From Sphingobacteriaceae bacterium UBA6709 (lineage in GTDB: Bacteria > Bacteroidota > Bacteroidia > Sphingobacteriales > Sphingobacteriaceae): a stretch of DNA of 64,000 bases. Of the stretch, positions 10,474 to 19,602 are shown in pieces (position 1 is the first letter of the stretch; each line of letters opens with the position of its first letter). A program made the translations under genes and the position numbers. The DNA lies in assembly GCA_002454425.1 (NCBI GenBank), contig DKIV01000043.1, positions 69,364 to 133,363 of the forward strand, in the 5' to 3' direction. Under the pieces are notes generated by a model, which was not told the DNA's origin, ran no database searches, and worked only from the letters and a program-made list of their open reading frames with translations.

Positions 10474-11004
10474 ATGAAGAAGTTATTTTTGGTTCTGGCA
10501 GTACTCGGCCTTTTCAGTTTTAAAGCATCCGCACAACGGTTCGCGTATGTTGATAGCGAGTATATTCTTAAACAAGTTCCGGAGTATGCCGCCGCGGAAC
10601 GTCAGGTAAAAGGTCTTTCAGACCAATGGCAGAAGATGGTTGATGAGCGCTTGTCAGAGGTTGAGCGTTTGTATAAAACTTACCAGACCGACCGCGTGAT
10701 GCTCAGTCCTCAGCAGCGCGTTGAGCGCGAACAGCAGATTGTGGAAAAGGAAAAAGCTGCCAAGGATTTTCAACGTCAAAAGTTCGGCTTTGAGGGCGAA
10801 CTGTTCGTACAGCGCATGAAGTTGATCAAGCCTGTTCAGGATCGTGTTGCCCAGGCAGTGCAGGCAGTGGCAGAGAGTTCTCAGCTTGATGTTATCTTTG
10901 ACAAGCAGGGAACTCAGGTGATGATGTTGTTTGCCAACCCTCGCTTAGACAAAAGTAATGAGGTGCTCCAACGCCTTGGAATCAGGCCCGCGCAGGATAA
11001 TTAA
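10474..11004 (+). CDS. OmpH/Skp periplasmic chaperone
   Basis: 176 aa with a signal peptide and a coiled-coil Gln/Glu/Lys-rich body. Sits downstream of bamA. Confidence 0.8.
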   Translation: MKKLFLVLAVLGLFSFKASAQRFAYVDSEYILKQVPEYAAAERQVKGLSDQWQKMVDERLSEVERLYKTYQTDRVMLSPQQRVEREQQIVEKEKAAKDFQRQKFGFEGELFVQRMKLIKPVQDRVAQAVQAVAESSQLDVIFDKQGTQVMMLFANPRLDKSNEVLQRLGIRPAQDN

Positions 11005-11098
11005 ATTTTTCTGTGTACTGTGGTACAAAATATTATCTTTGGTGCCTGAACGTTTTAATGTAGTATAAAACCCCTTTTATAATAATTCAAGATCAGAA

Positions 11099-11677
11099 AT
11101 GAAAAAATTAGTTACAGTAGCAGCAGTGGCGGTAGGTCTATTTTTAGCTGGAAATGCTGCAAATGCCCAACAGAAATTAGCTCATGTCAACTCTTCGGAA
11201 CTTCTAAGCCTTATGCCTGAAATGAAAGCTGCCGATAGTCAGTTCAAGACTTTCCAACAGCAGAAACAAACAGCATTAGAGCAAATGGATGCTGAGCGTC
11301 AGAAGAAGATCCAGGCTTACAGAGATAAAGAAGCAACAATGAGCCAGGCAAATAAAGACGCTGTGGGCAAAGAGCTTGAAACTATGGGCAAGGAAATCGA
11401 AGACTTCACTAAGAGAATGCAGGAAACTCAGCAGAAAGCTCAGCAGGATCTTGGACAAAAGCAACAGGAGCTTTATACTCCAATATACCAGAAAGCTGAA
11501 ACTGCTGTTAAAGCGGTAGCGAAAGAAAAAGGTTTCGCGTATGTGTTCGACATTTCTCAGCCTGGCGTTGTATACTTTGACGGAGGTGAGGATATCCTTC
11601 CTTTGGTAAGGACAAAACTTGGCATCCCTGCTAACGCTACTCCCGCACCAGCAGCAGCAGCTCCAGCAAGAAAATAA
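11099..11677 (+). CDS. OmpH/Skp periplasmic chaperone (second copy, Ala/Pro-rich tail)
   Basis: 192 aa with a signal peptide, Skp-like coiled coil, and C-terminal PANATPAPAAAAPARK. Confidence 0.8.
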   Translation: MKKLVTVAAVAVGLFLAGNAANAQQKLAHVNSSELLSLMPEMKAADSQFKTFQQQKQTALEQMDAERQKKIQAYRDKEATMSQANKDAVGKELETMGKEIEDFTKRMQETQQKAQQDLGQKQQELYTPIYQKAETAVKAVAKEKGFAYVFDISQPGVVYFDGGEDILPLVRTKLGIPANATPAPAAAAPARK

Positions 11678-11695
11678 AACAGCTTAAATTAAACG

Positions 11696-11733
11696 AAAAA
11701 AGGTCGCCTCTTCCCGAGAGCGGCCTTTTTTAT
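11696..11733 (+). terminator. Intrinsic terminator after the skp genes
   Basis: GGTCGCCTC (11702-11710) pairs with GAG-A-GCGGCC (11716-11725), with one G-U pair and one bulge. Followed by T6. Confidence 0.7.
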
Positions 11734-12143
11734 TGTCGCTATTTTTATGTTGGGCTCGTGTCGCAGTGTAGCGCAGAAGTCATCAATGGTTCTGAATCTT
11801 TTTCTTGCGTTAAGGTTCCATCTCAGGGAGCGTGTTTTACGATGACGATCCAGAAATGTTCAGGAATATTATATGATAATGAGAGATCGCAGTATAAGAC
11901 TTGTGGAAGAAGTAGGAGATTCAATTTAAAGAGGAGAGCTGAATGACGTGCTTTAGTGCATCGATTAATAAGGGTCATCCGGGTTTATCGCGAAACATTC
12001 ATGGATACAAGAAGGGACTCTCATGGATAAAAGGGCATCTTCAAATATACCAAACAGTTAGCGGCAGCAAGGCCCGGGTAGGCGATGGTGCCGCTAAATT
12101 AATTCAGAAGAATATATTTACTGGATATTCTCTATCCGGTTAT

Positions 12144-12575
12144 TTATTCATGATCGAACGATACGGAGATATTGGTGATGATCCAACCTTTATCTGTATA
12201 ATTCATTGTGAGTACGTTGTTTTTGCTGAATTCGGCGTATTTAAGCTTTAGTTTTACGATTGCCTGAGTTTCGTTACTTTCCAAAAGGTCGTAACTTGCC
12301 TTGCAATTCTGTTCAATATTTTCAATCTGACGGAAGTAATCGAGCAGGTCAGTTTTATTCATAGTTGTAATCTTGTTGCCGTTAGACACAGTATATTTTA
12401 CTGAGGAGTCGAGGATCTTAGTAACCCCTTTGATTTGTCCCTTGCAAACGGCGTCAATAAAAGTATTTAGCGTTACGTTCATACGGGCTTTGCTGGCTGG
12501 AGAGATGTCTGAGGCGAAGGCACTTGCTGATAGGACGACTAACAGAGCAGCTGCGATGTTTCTTAACGTTTTCAT
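12144..12575 (-). CDS. Secreted hypothetical protein (possibly NTF2-like fold)
   Basis: 143 aa with a clear signal peptide (AALLVVLSASAFAS). No catalytic motif recognised. The fold guess is weak. Confidence 0.5.
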   Translation of the reverse strand: MKTLRNIAAALLVVLSASAFASDISPASKARMNVTLNTFIDAVCKGQIKGVTKILDSSVKYTVSNGNKITTMNKTDLLDYFRQIENIEQNCKASYDLLESNETQAIVKLKLKYAEFSKNNVLTMNYTDKGWIITNISVSFDHE

Positions 12576-12879
12576 AGTTGAGTTTTTGAGGGTGTTTTTT
12601 TGATGTATTTTTTATTATTTGATTCAAAACTAGCTTGGAAGAGGCGACAGCACAAGGTACATTAGGCAGACAGCGTGGAGAATTCGGTGAATGGATGAAT
12701 AATGTCGGTAAGCGAATCAGGCTCAATAACGATATTCTATGATACTCGGCTAATAACTTGTGGGCTTACACAATGACGGGTGTGGAAAATGCTGAACTGA
12801 GTTAGGTATTTTATGTGTAAGGAAATAAGAAGCGGCCGCGAAATTAATTATCGCTTTTCCTTGCCGATGAAACAAATTG

Positions 12880-12887
12880 TATATTTG
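12880..12887 (+). promoter_or_regulatory. Bacteroidota -7 promoter box (TATATTTG)
   Basis: Exact TAnnTTTG match with a TTG about 17 nt upstream (12861-12863). Lies 52 nt before ATG 12939. Confidence 0.45.
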
Positions 12888-12938
12888 CGATATTGACGAC
12901 ACCTAGCGATACGTTCGTTAATTATCATATACCCCAGG

Positions 12939-13544
12939 ATGCTGAAGTCTCAAATTAACGCCCGACCAGGTTTAAAACGCTTTGTACATTGGATGCTTGT
13001 TATTCCGGGACAGGCTCGCCCGCGTTTATGGCTGCGGCTACTTCCGCGCGTTCTTCACAATATTCCTTTTTCCGTGACGCTGCGTGGTCGTTTAGATGTT
13101 TTCCCCTTCAATAAGTTTGTCGTTGGCGGTAATAGTATCCTTGAGAGCGGCAGCAATGTAAATAATGGCGTGGGCGACGTTTTTATTGGTAAGGGGGTCA
13201 CACTGGGTATAGGTAGCGTGATTATAGGTCCGGCGACGATCGGCGACGATGTTATCATCGCGCAACATGTGGTGATGTCTGGATTAAATCATCTCTACGA
13301 AGATATTAGTAAACCCATATCAAAACAAGGCACAGTCTCACGGGCTATAAGTATCGGCTCCGGCTCCTGGGTGGGAGCGAATGTTTGCGTGAGTAGCGGG
13401 GTGGAAATTGGCAGGAACTGTGTTGTTGGTGCCGGATCAGTGGTGGTAAAAAGCATCCCTGATTATTGTGTGGCAGTCGGCAATCCCGCGCGGATTGTTA
13501 AGAAATATGATCCGGTAACCGCCGAGTGGATAAAGATCGAGTGA
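12939..13544 (+). CDS. Hexapeptide-repeat acyltransferase (left-handed beta-helix, WcaF/DapH-like)
   Basis: Repeated [LIV]-G-x4 hexads (IGKGVTLGIGSVIIGPATIGDDVII ... IGSGSWVGANVCVSSGVEIGRNCVVGAGSVV) and a terminal VGNPARIV. Confidence 0.8.
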   Translation: MLKSQINARPGLKRFVHWMLVIPGQARPRLWLRLLPRVLHNIPFSVTLRGRLDVFPFNKFVVGGNSILESGSNVNNGVGDVFIGKGVTLGIGSVIIGPATIGDDVIIAQHVVMSGLNHLYEDISKPISKQGTVSRAISIGSGSWVGANVCVSSGVEIGRNCVVGAGSVVVKSIPDYCVAVGNPARIVKKYDPVTAEWIKIE

Positions 13545-13608
13545 AGATAGATTAGAACGCCTGAAAGTGCCATATAATTGTTATGTTTACAAGAAAACAC
13601 ATACCCTA

Positions 13609-14139
13609 ATGATGACTGCACACAGAAATCTTCTTGGTATGGCTACCGTAGCCGTACTTTTATCATTTACAGCATGTAAATCGCGCAAGCAAGCTCAAGC
13701 ACCTGCATTTCCTCCCGCAAAGCAAACGGAGCAGACTCAGGAAACGCCTCCGCCTGCACCGACGCCAGCACCTGCACCAACAGCAGCGCCGGCAGCGGCT
13801 CCAGACTACAATTTCAAGAACATTCAGTTTGAGTTCAACTCGGTAGTGTTGAAAACTGGTGCTTATGAATTGCTGGAAAAGGCGGCAACGGAAATGAAGA
13901 AAGATGATAATGCTCAATTCGTGCTGAATGGACATTCTTCGGAAGAGGGCTCATCAACGCACAACATGTCATTATCTATTGATCGTGCTAATGCGGTAAA
14001 GACTTATCTTATTAATGCCGGTATCGCATCATCACGTGTAGAAGTAAAAGGTTTTGGAGAAACCAAACCTGTGGCTTCCAATAATACGGAGACTGGCCGC
14101 GAGCTTAACCGTCGTGTTGAAATTAAGTTAGTAAAGTAA
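13609..14139 (+). CDS. OmpA-family peptidoglycan-binding lipoprotein
   Basis: Lipobox LLSFTAC, a Pro/Ala-rich linker, and OmpA_C motifs (NxSLSxxRAxAV ... NRRVEI). Start placed at ATG 13609. The track ORF starts at 13567. Confidence 0.85.
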   Translation: MMTAHRNLLGMATVAVLLSFTACKSRKQAQAPAFPPAKQTEQTQETPPPAPTPAPAPTAAPAAAPDYNFKNIQFEFNSVVLKTGAYELLEKAATEMKKDDNAQFVLNGHSSEEGSSTHNMSLSIDRANAVKTYLINAGIASSRVEVKGFGETKPVASNNTETGRELNRRVEIKLVK

Positions 14140-14147
14140 ATTTTTTA

Positions 14148-14172
14148 AGCCGGAGTTTCTCCGGCTATTTTC
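14148..14172 (+). terminator. Intrinsic terminator after the ompA-like gene
   Basis: AGCCGGAG (14148-14155), loop TTT, CTCCGGCT (14159-14166), then ATTTTCT. It ends just before ATG 14174. Confidence 0.7.
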
Positions 14173-14173
14173 T

Positions 14174-14971
14174 ATGAAGTCCGGATCAGTATCGCTGCGC
14201 ACCGTTAAAGTTACGCGCTATGTTAGTCCGCTACGCGAAGGAGGATCCTTGCCTGCAATCGCGGAAGCCGACGATAACTTTTTGTATGTGCTGAAGTTCC
14301 GAGGCTCAGGGCAAGGAGTAAAATCACTTATCGCTGAACTTATCGGGGGGGAGCTTGCCCGTATTATGGGCTTATCGGTTCCGGAACTGGTGTTCGCTAA
14401 TCTTGACGAGGCATTCGGTCGCACGGAGCCTGACGAAGAGATTCAGGATCTACTGAAGTTTAGTACCGGCTTAAATCTGGCGCTTCATTATCTTTCGGGC
14501 GCAATAACATATGATCCACTTTTTCTACAGCCGGACGCGCTTACAGCCTCAAAAATAGTTTGGCTTGACAGTTTTATCACTAATGTAGATCGAACAGCGC
14601 GAAACACCAATATGCTTATATGGCATAAGGAGCTGTGGCTTATTGATCACGGGGCGTCGCTGTACTTCCATCATTCATGGGATAACTGGCAGAATCAGGC
14701 TGAGAAGCCTTTTGCCGCTATTAAAGATCATGTGCTACTGAAATGGGCCACACGCTTAGATGAGGTAAATGAGACAATGCATGAACTCCTAAATCAGGAA
14801 GTGCTGTCTGGTATTGTGGCACTTATTCCTGATGATTGGCTGCTTGATCACGCTTCCGGTTTGGATCCTGTTGCTGTACGGCAGGTGTATACCGATTTTC
14901 TGGTTACCCGTTTAAATAATTCGATGATTTTTGTTAACGAAGCAAAAAATGCAGGAAAGCTTTCTCTTTGA
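14174..14971 (+). CDS. Short HipA-like / PI3-4-kinase-like protein kinase of unknown function
   Basis: 265 aa. Catalytic-loop-like NVDRTARNTNMLIW followed by LIDHGASL. N-terminal YVLKFRGSGQG. Resembles the HipA-like kinases annotated next to DUF3037 genes. Confidence 0.7.
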   Translation: MKSGSVSLRTVKVTRYVSPLREGGSLPAIAEADDNFLYVLKFRGSGQGVKSLIAELIGGELARIMGLSVPELVFANLDEAFGRTEPDEEIQDLLKFSTGLNLALHYLSGAITYDPLFLQPDALTASKIVWLDSFITNVDRTARNTNMLIWHKELWLIDHGASLYFHHSWDNWQNQAEKPFAAIKDHVLLKWATRLDEVNETMHELLNQEVLSGIVALIPDDWLLDHASGLDPVAVRQVYTDFLVTRLNNSMIFVNEAKNAGKLSL

Positions 14972-15332
14972 ATACGCTGTGATACGGTTAGTGCCGCAGG
15001 TAGAGCGGGCTGAGTTTATTAACGCAGGGGTTATTCTGTATTGCGCGCGTAAGAAATTTCTTGAATGCGCGATTTCGTTAAATGAGAATAAGTTCATGGC
15101 TATGTGGCCTGATGCCGATGTCGGATTCTTTATCGGGAACCTCGAATCTTTTCCACGAATATGCTCGGGTGGAGCGGGGGGAGGTGCTATCGCTGCCTTG
15201 GATATGCCGGAGCGATTTCGTTGGTTAACAGCCTCGAGAAGTACGATTATACAATGTTCTGCTGTCCATCCGGGGTTATGCCATGATCCTTCGGAAACGT
15301 TGCAAAGACTTTTTGAAAAGCTCGTTATGTAA
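14949..15332 (+). CDS. DUF3037 domain protein
   Basis: FEYAVIRLVPQVERAEFINAGVILY and RFRWLTASRSTIIQ match my recollection of the DUF3037 signature. ATG 14949 lies 23 nt inside the kinase gene. The track start 14931 is also possible. Confidence 0.7.
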   Translation: MQESFLFEYAVIRLVPQVERAEFINAGVILYCARKKFLECAISLNENKFMAMWPDADVGFFIGNLESFPRICSGGAGGGAIAALDMPERFRWLTASRSTIIQCSAVHPGLCHDPSETLQRLFEKLVM

Positions 15333-15393
15333 AGATTTCAAGGTATTTATTAAAACAAAAGCTAAACTGCATTGCTTTGATTATATTTAGTAA

Positions 15394-17802
15394 ATGCGTC
15401 GTTGGTCTGTTTTAATTCTAAAAGTTTTAGCCTGCATATTTGCGTTGGTTGTTGTTTTATATACTGCTGCGGCATTATACATACATTTTAAGAAGCCCGA
15501 AATTCTTAGCAAACTTACTTTTGAACTCAATCAGAAGATCAATGGCCAGCTGACCATTGAAGACGTCGATCCTTCTTTTTTTGTGGATTTTCCAAACCTG
15601 TCAGTAAAGCTTGAAAATGTTGAGCTCCGTGATAGTCTTTGGAGTAAACATCGCCATTCGCCCCTGAAGGCCAGGGAGGTTTTTGTTTCCCTTAATGGTT
15701 TGGGCTTTTTGCGAGGCCTCGTGAGCGTAAGCAATATACATCTTAAAGATGCAGAGGCTTATATTTATTCAGATAGTACCGGCTATTCGAATGCGTCAGC
15801 CTTTGGTTCTGGCAAAAAGAAAAAAGGCAGCGGTTCAAAGAAGGATAACACTCGCTTAGCTCGACTTAGTGCAGAAAACCTATCGCTGGTAATAGATAAC
15901 AGGCACGCTAATAAACTCTTTAGTTTTCTTGTGAAGCACTATAGCGGACGGACCCGTTATCGGTCGGTGTATTCTGACACCCGACTCGATGCGGATATCC
16001 TTGTCAAGGACATGGCCTTCAATAAGGCTAAGGGTAGCTTTCTTAAGAATAAGGAATTAAAAGGACGCTTCGATATGCGCTATAATCGTGAAGATAAGTC
16101 TGTGTCCTTAAAACCGGCGAAGGTTAATATCGGTGGAGATGATTTTTTGATAAGCGCATTTTTTCAAAGTAATGTGAAACCTACGCGTTTTGTGATCAAT
16201 ATAGAATCGGAGAAAATATTATGGCATAAAGCATCCTCTTTACTTGCTGCAAATATTTCAAAAAAGCTGAATAATTACAAACTGGAAAAGCCCGTTAAGC
16301 TGAAGGCAGTGCTGGCTGGCGATTTTGGTCCGGGATCGAACCCTGCCATTGATGTTATGTGTACCGTGGAGAAAAATGTGCTGCATAGCCCCGGCGGCGT
16401 AGCTACGGATTGTTCATTCCTCGGTGTATTTAGTAATCACGTTGACAAACTTAAAGGGAACACTGATGAGAATTCCAGAATCAGGATTCTGAAATTTCAA
16501 GGTGTCAGGGAAAACATACCTCTAAGTATGGATTCTATGATTGTGAATAATTTGATACATCCGGTAGTGACGGGAGATGTTAAATCTGAGTTTGCCTTAG
16601 GCAAGCTCGCAAAGAGTCTCGGTAACGCGGGACTAAGATTCAATGGCGGAATGGCTAAGGTTAAGCTACGTTTTTCCGCCGGTATTGAGGGTTTTGAAAT
16701 TGTTAGGCCTTACATTGTCGGGCTGATACACATTAAGAATGCTGATATCGATTACATGCCGCGGTCGGTGAACTTTCGGAGTCCTGAGATCTTGCTGAAT
16801 TTTACGAAGAAGGATTTATTGCTAAACAACATCACGCTTCAAAGTGGGAAAAGCAATATTAGTTTAAGGGGTAAAGTCAGCAATTTTATGAGTCTTTACT
16901 ATAAAGCTCCGGAGAAGATTGTTTTTGACTGCGAGGTGTATAGTAAAGAGATACATCCTCAGGCGTTCATGGGCTTGCTTTCTGGCCGTAAATCTTCGGG
17001 ATCAGTAAAGAAGCAGTCCGCTATGGTAAGTCAGTTGAATAACGCGCTGGAGAAGAGTACTGTAAATATGCGTTTGAGGTTGGATAAAGCGGTGTATAAG
17101 AATTTTGTTGCTACCGCTACAAATGCCAACCTGACGTTCTCCCCGGAAGGTCTCAATGTCAACTCACTGAGTACCCGACATGCCGGAGGAACACTCAGCG
17201 CCAGTGGTATTTTCCGTCAGAGCGGAGCAGGAAGTAAGTTTTCATTGAAAGCCCACGTGGGTGATGTGAACGTACGTACCTTCTTCTATGCCTTTAATAA
17301 TTTTGGGCTGGAGGCACTCACCTATAGAAATCTGAAGGGCGTGTTAAGTGTCAATGCTGATATCTCCGGGCGACTTGCTGATGGTGGTGCCTTAGTACCA
17401 CGCTCTCTGGATGGCCTGGTTACTTTTGACTTTAATAAGGGAGCATTGCTGAATTTTGCACCATTAAAAGGTGTGGGAAAGATTGTATTTCCTTTCAGGG
17501 ATGTAAGCAATATTACCTTCGATAGGTTAAAAGGGAAATTAGATGTCAATGGAGAAAAGATCCGGATCAACCCGATGCAGATCAATTCAAGTGTTCTTAA
17601 TATGGATATCGAGGGTATTTACTCTCTTGGCAAAGGTACAGACATCAATATCGATGTACCATTGCGTAATCCCAAGAAAGATGTTGACATTGCGGATAAG
17701 AAGGAAAAAGCTTCCCGCCGCATGAAGGGGTTGGTGCTACATCTTGAAGCAATTGACGGGGATGACGGGAAAATTAAGATCCAGTGGAATAAAGATCATT
17801 AG
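15394..17802 (+). CDS. AsmA-family (AsmA/TamB-like) envelope protein
   Basis: 802 aa with one N-terminal TM anchor, then a long beta-rich body with an AsmA-like C-terminal region. Confidence 0.65.
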   Translation: MRRWSVLILKVLACIFALVVVLYTAAALYIHFKKPEILSKLTFELNQKINGQLTIEDVDPSFFVDFPNLSVKLENVELRDSLWSKHRHSPLKAREVFVSLNGLGFLRGLVSVSNIHLKDAEAYIYSDSTGYSNASAFGSGKKKKGSGSKKDNTRLARLSAENLSLVIDNRHANKLFSFLVKHYSGRTRYRSVYSDTRLDADILVKDMAFNKAKGSFLKNKELKGRFDMRYNREDKSVSLKPAKVNIGGDDFLISAFFQSNVKPTRFVINIESEKILWHKASSLLAANISKKLNNYKLEKPVKLKAVLAGDFGPGSNPAIDVMCTVEKNVLHSPGGVATDCSFLGVFSNHVDKLKGNTDENSRIRILKFQGVRENIPLSMDSMIVNNLIHPVVTGDVKSEFALGKLAKSLGNAGLRFNGGMAKVKLRFSAGIEGFEIVRPYIVGLIHIKNADIDYMPRSVNFRSPEILLNFTKKDLLLNNITLQSGKSNISLRGKVSNFMSLYYKAPEKIVFDCEVYSKEIHPQAFMGLLSGRKSSGSVKKQSAMVSQLNNALEKSTVNMRLRLDKAVYKNFVATATNANLTFSPEGLNVNSLSTRHAGGTLSASGIFRQSGAGSKFSLKAHVGDVNVRTFFYAFNNFGLEALTYRNLKGVLSVNADISGRLADGGALVPRSLDGLVTFDFNKGALLNFAPLKGVGKIVFPFRDVSNITFDRLKGKLDVNGEKIRINPMQINSSVLNMDIEGIYSLGKGTDINIDVPLRNPKKDVDIADKKEKASRRMKGLVLHLEAIDGDDGKIKIQWNKDH

Positions 17803-18308
17803 GCAGTAGCCTTATTTCCTTTGTTTCCCAGAATCAGAAAAATGAGTACCCCGGCAGTGACATACATGTCGGCGACGTTAAAGATACCGGTATGTATATT
17901 TGCCACACCCATAATCATGAAGTCGGTTACACGCGTATCATATAAAACACGATCTATAATATTTCCGAGGCCTCCTGAGAAAATTAGTGAAAGCGCAATG
18001 ATATCGACGGTGGCGACACGACGGATATTCAGGAATAAGTAGATTACCAGAGCTAAGAGCAATAACAGGGGGATGATGCTTAAAAGTATTAAATTGAAAG
18101 GCTGCGGTATGTCGGCACCCATTCCAAAGAATGCGCCGCTGTTTTCAATATAGGTAAAGCGAAAGGTATCACCCCAGTATGACCGCGAGGGTTGCCCCAT
18201 TAAATGTTCTTTAGCCCAGATCTTGGTTATTCTGTCAATATATATGAGTACGCCGCTTAGTATAATAAAGGCACTATAGATGCGCCAGTTCTTTTTGTTA
18301 AATGCCAT
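17799..18308 (-). CDS. lspA: Lipoprotein signal peptidase II
   Basis: IENSGAFFGMG and FNVADMYVTAGV motifs, with four TM segments. Confidence 0.88.
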   Translation of the reverse strand: MAFNKKNWRIYSAFIILSGVLIYIDRITKIWAKEHLMGQPSRSYWGDTFRFTYIENSGAFFGMGADIPQPFNLILLSIIPLLLLLALVIYLFLNIRRVATVDIIALSLIFSGGLGNIIDRVLYDTRVTDFMIMGVANIHTGIFNVADMYVTAGVLIFLILGNKGNKATA

Positions 18309-18489
18309 GTAGAAATATTTACAACGAAATAAAGGTTTTAGAAGCTTATTGCAAAATAAAATCGCTGCTGAAATTTAATGTAACAGTAAAGCGGCGAAGG
18401 CTAATGAGGCGGCTATAGCTCTGGTCTGCCTGTATTTGCGACAGTTAAACTTTAAGCTTTTTATTTATCTTCGTTGTCAAATCCTTGAA

Positions 18490-19578
18490 ATGCGAAAACT
18501 TCGATTACTTATACTCTCTTTTTTTATTGCTGTAGTTGCCCGGGCTCAAGTTGTTGGTCCTATAGTCCCGCAGCCCTCCGAGAAACCATCCACGGCTCAG
18601 CGCTTGCAGATCGAACGCAAGTATGGGATGTTTATTCATTTCAGTATAAATACATTTGTCGATAAAGAATGGACTGATGGCTCAATTCCGGCGAAGATCT
18701 ATCATCCGGCCGCTGTAGACGCTGATCAATGGGTACGTGTAGCAAAAGAATCTGGTATGCGTTATGTAATCCTGGTGGCGAAGCATCATGATGGATTCTG
18801 TTTGTGGGACAGTCGCTATACGGAATACGATGTAGCTTCTTCAGGTAATCCCACCAATGTTGTGGAGGAAGTGGCGAAGGCGTGTAAGAAGTACGACATG
18901 GGGATGGGTATCTATTACAGTTTGTGGGACAGGCATCAGGATGGAGCTTACCGTGAGCCCACGCCCGAGAGTTTCGTTAAGGGATCAGCAGAGGCTGACA
19001 AAGCATATAATACCTATATGATTGCTCAGCTCGATGAAATTATGGATATTATTCAACAATACACTTCGGTTGTTGAGTTTTGGTTTGACGGTGGATGGGT
19101 TAAAAGTCATGAACGCTGGCCTGTCAACGATATTTACCAATGTATAAAAAGTAGAGAGCCAAACTGTCAGATAGGTATTAACTGGCCTATTGGCAAGCCT
19201 GATGATATAAACTATTCTAGAGTATTTCCAAAGGAACAGCGAGAGGGCTTCCCTATAAAGTATTTCCCTTCTGATTTTCGTCTTGGAGATCCATATCTTC
19301 CGCTTGCTAAGGATCCTAAGCTATATTCGCATGAGGGTAAAATGTATTATATGCCATGGGAGTCAACCATTTGTTTGACAAAACGATGGTTCTACAACAC
19401 GAAAGATCATAAATATAAAAGTCTGAAAACCCTTGAGCAGACCTTCTCTACTGCTACTGCTAATGACAATATCCTTATCATTAACAGTCCGCCAACACGC
19501 GAAGGGAAGCTACGGGAGCGGGATGTGGAGGTTTTACAACAGCTGAAACAAAGGCTCACGCAAAGCGGGAAACTATAA
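18490..19578 (+). CDS. Alpha-L-fucosidase (GH29)
   Basis: MFIHFSINTF, AKESGMRYVILVAKHHDGFCLWDS and FWFDGGW motifs. Start placed at ATG 18490 (signal peptide MRKLRLLILSFF). The track ORF starts at TTG 18436. Confidence 0.8.
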   Translation: MRKLRLLILSFFIAVVARAQVVGPIVPQPSEKPSTAQRLQIERKYGMFIHFSINTFVDKEWTDGSIPAKIYHPAAVDADQWVRVAKESGMRYVILVAKHHDGFCLWDSRYTEYDVASSGNPTNVVEEVAKACKKYDMGMGIYYSLWDRHQDGAYREPTPESFVKGSAEADKAYNTYMIAQLDEIMDIIQQYTSVVEFWFDGGWVKSHERWPVNDIYQCIKSREPNCQIGINWPIGKPDDINYSRVFPKEQREGFPIKYFPSDFRLGDPYLPLAKDPKLYSHEGKMYYMPWESTICLTKRWFYNTKDHKYKSLKTLEQTFSTATANDNILIINSPPTREGKLRERDVEVLQQLKQRLTQSGKL

Positions 19579-19602
19579 AGAAAGCGGCTGCTTCTTTGCT
19601 GA

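Noticed and set aside
11758-12251. Two plus-strand ORFs (62 aa with a GTG start, and 102 aa) downstream of skp.
   Set aside because: Cys/Ser/Gly-rich odd composition with no motif. The second overlaps the better-supported convergent secreted-protein gene. Treated as non-coding.
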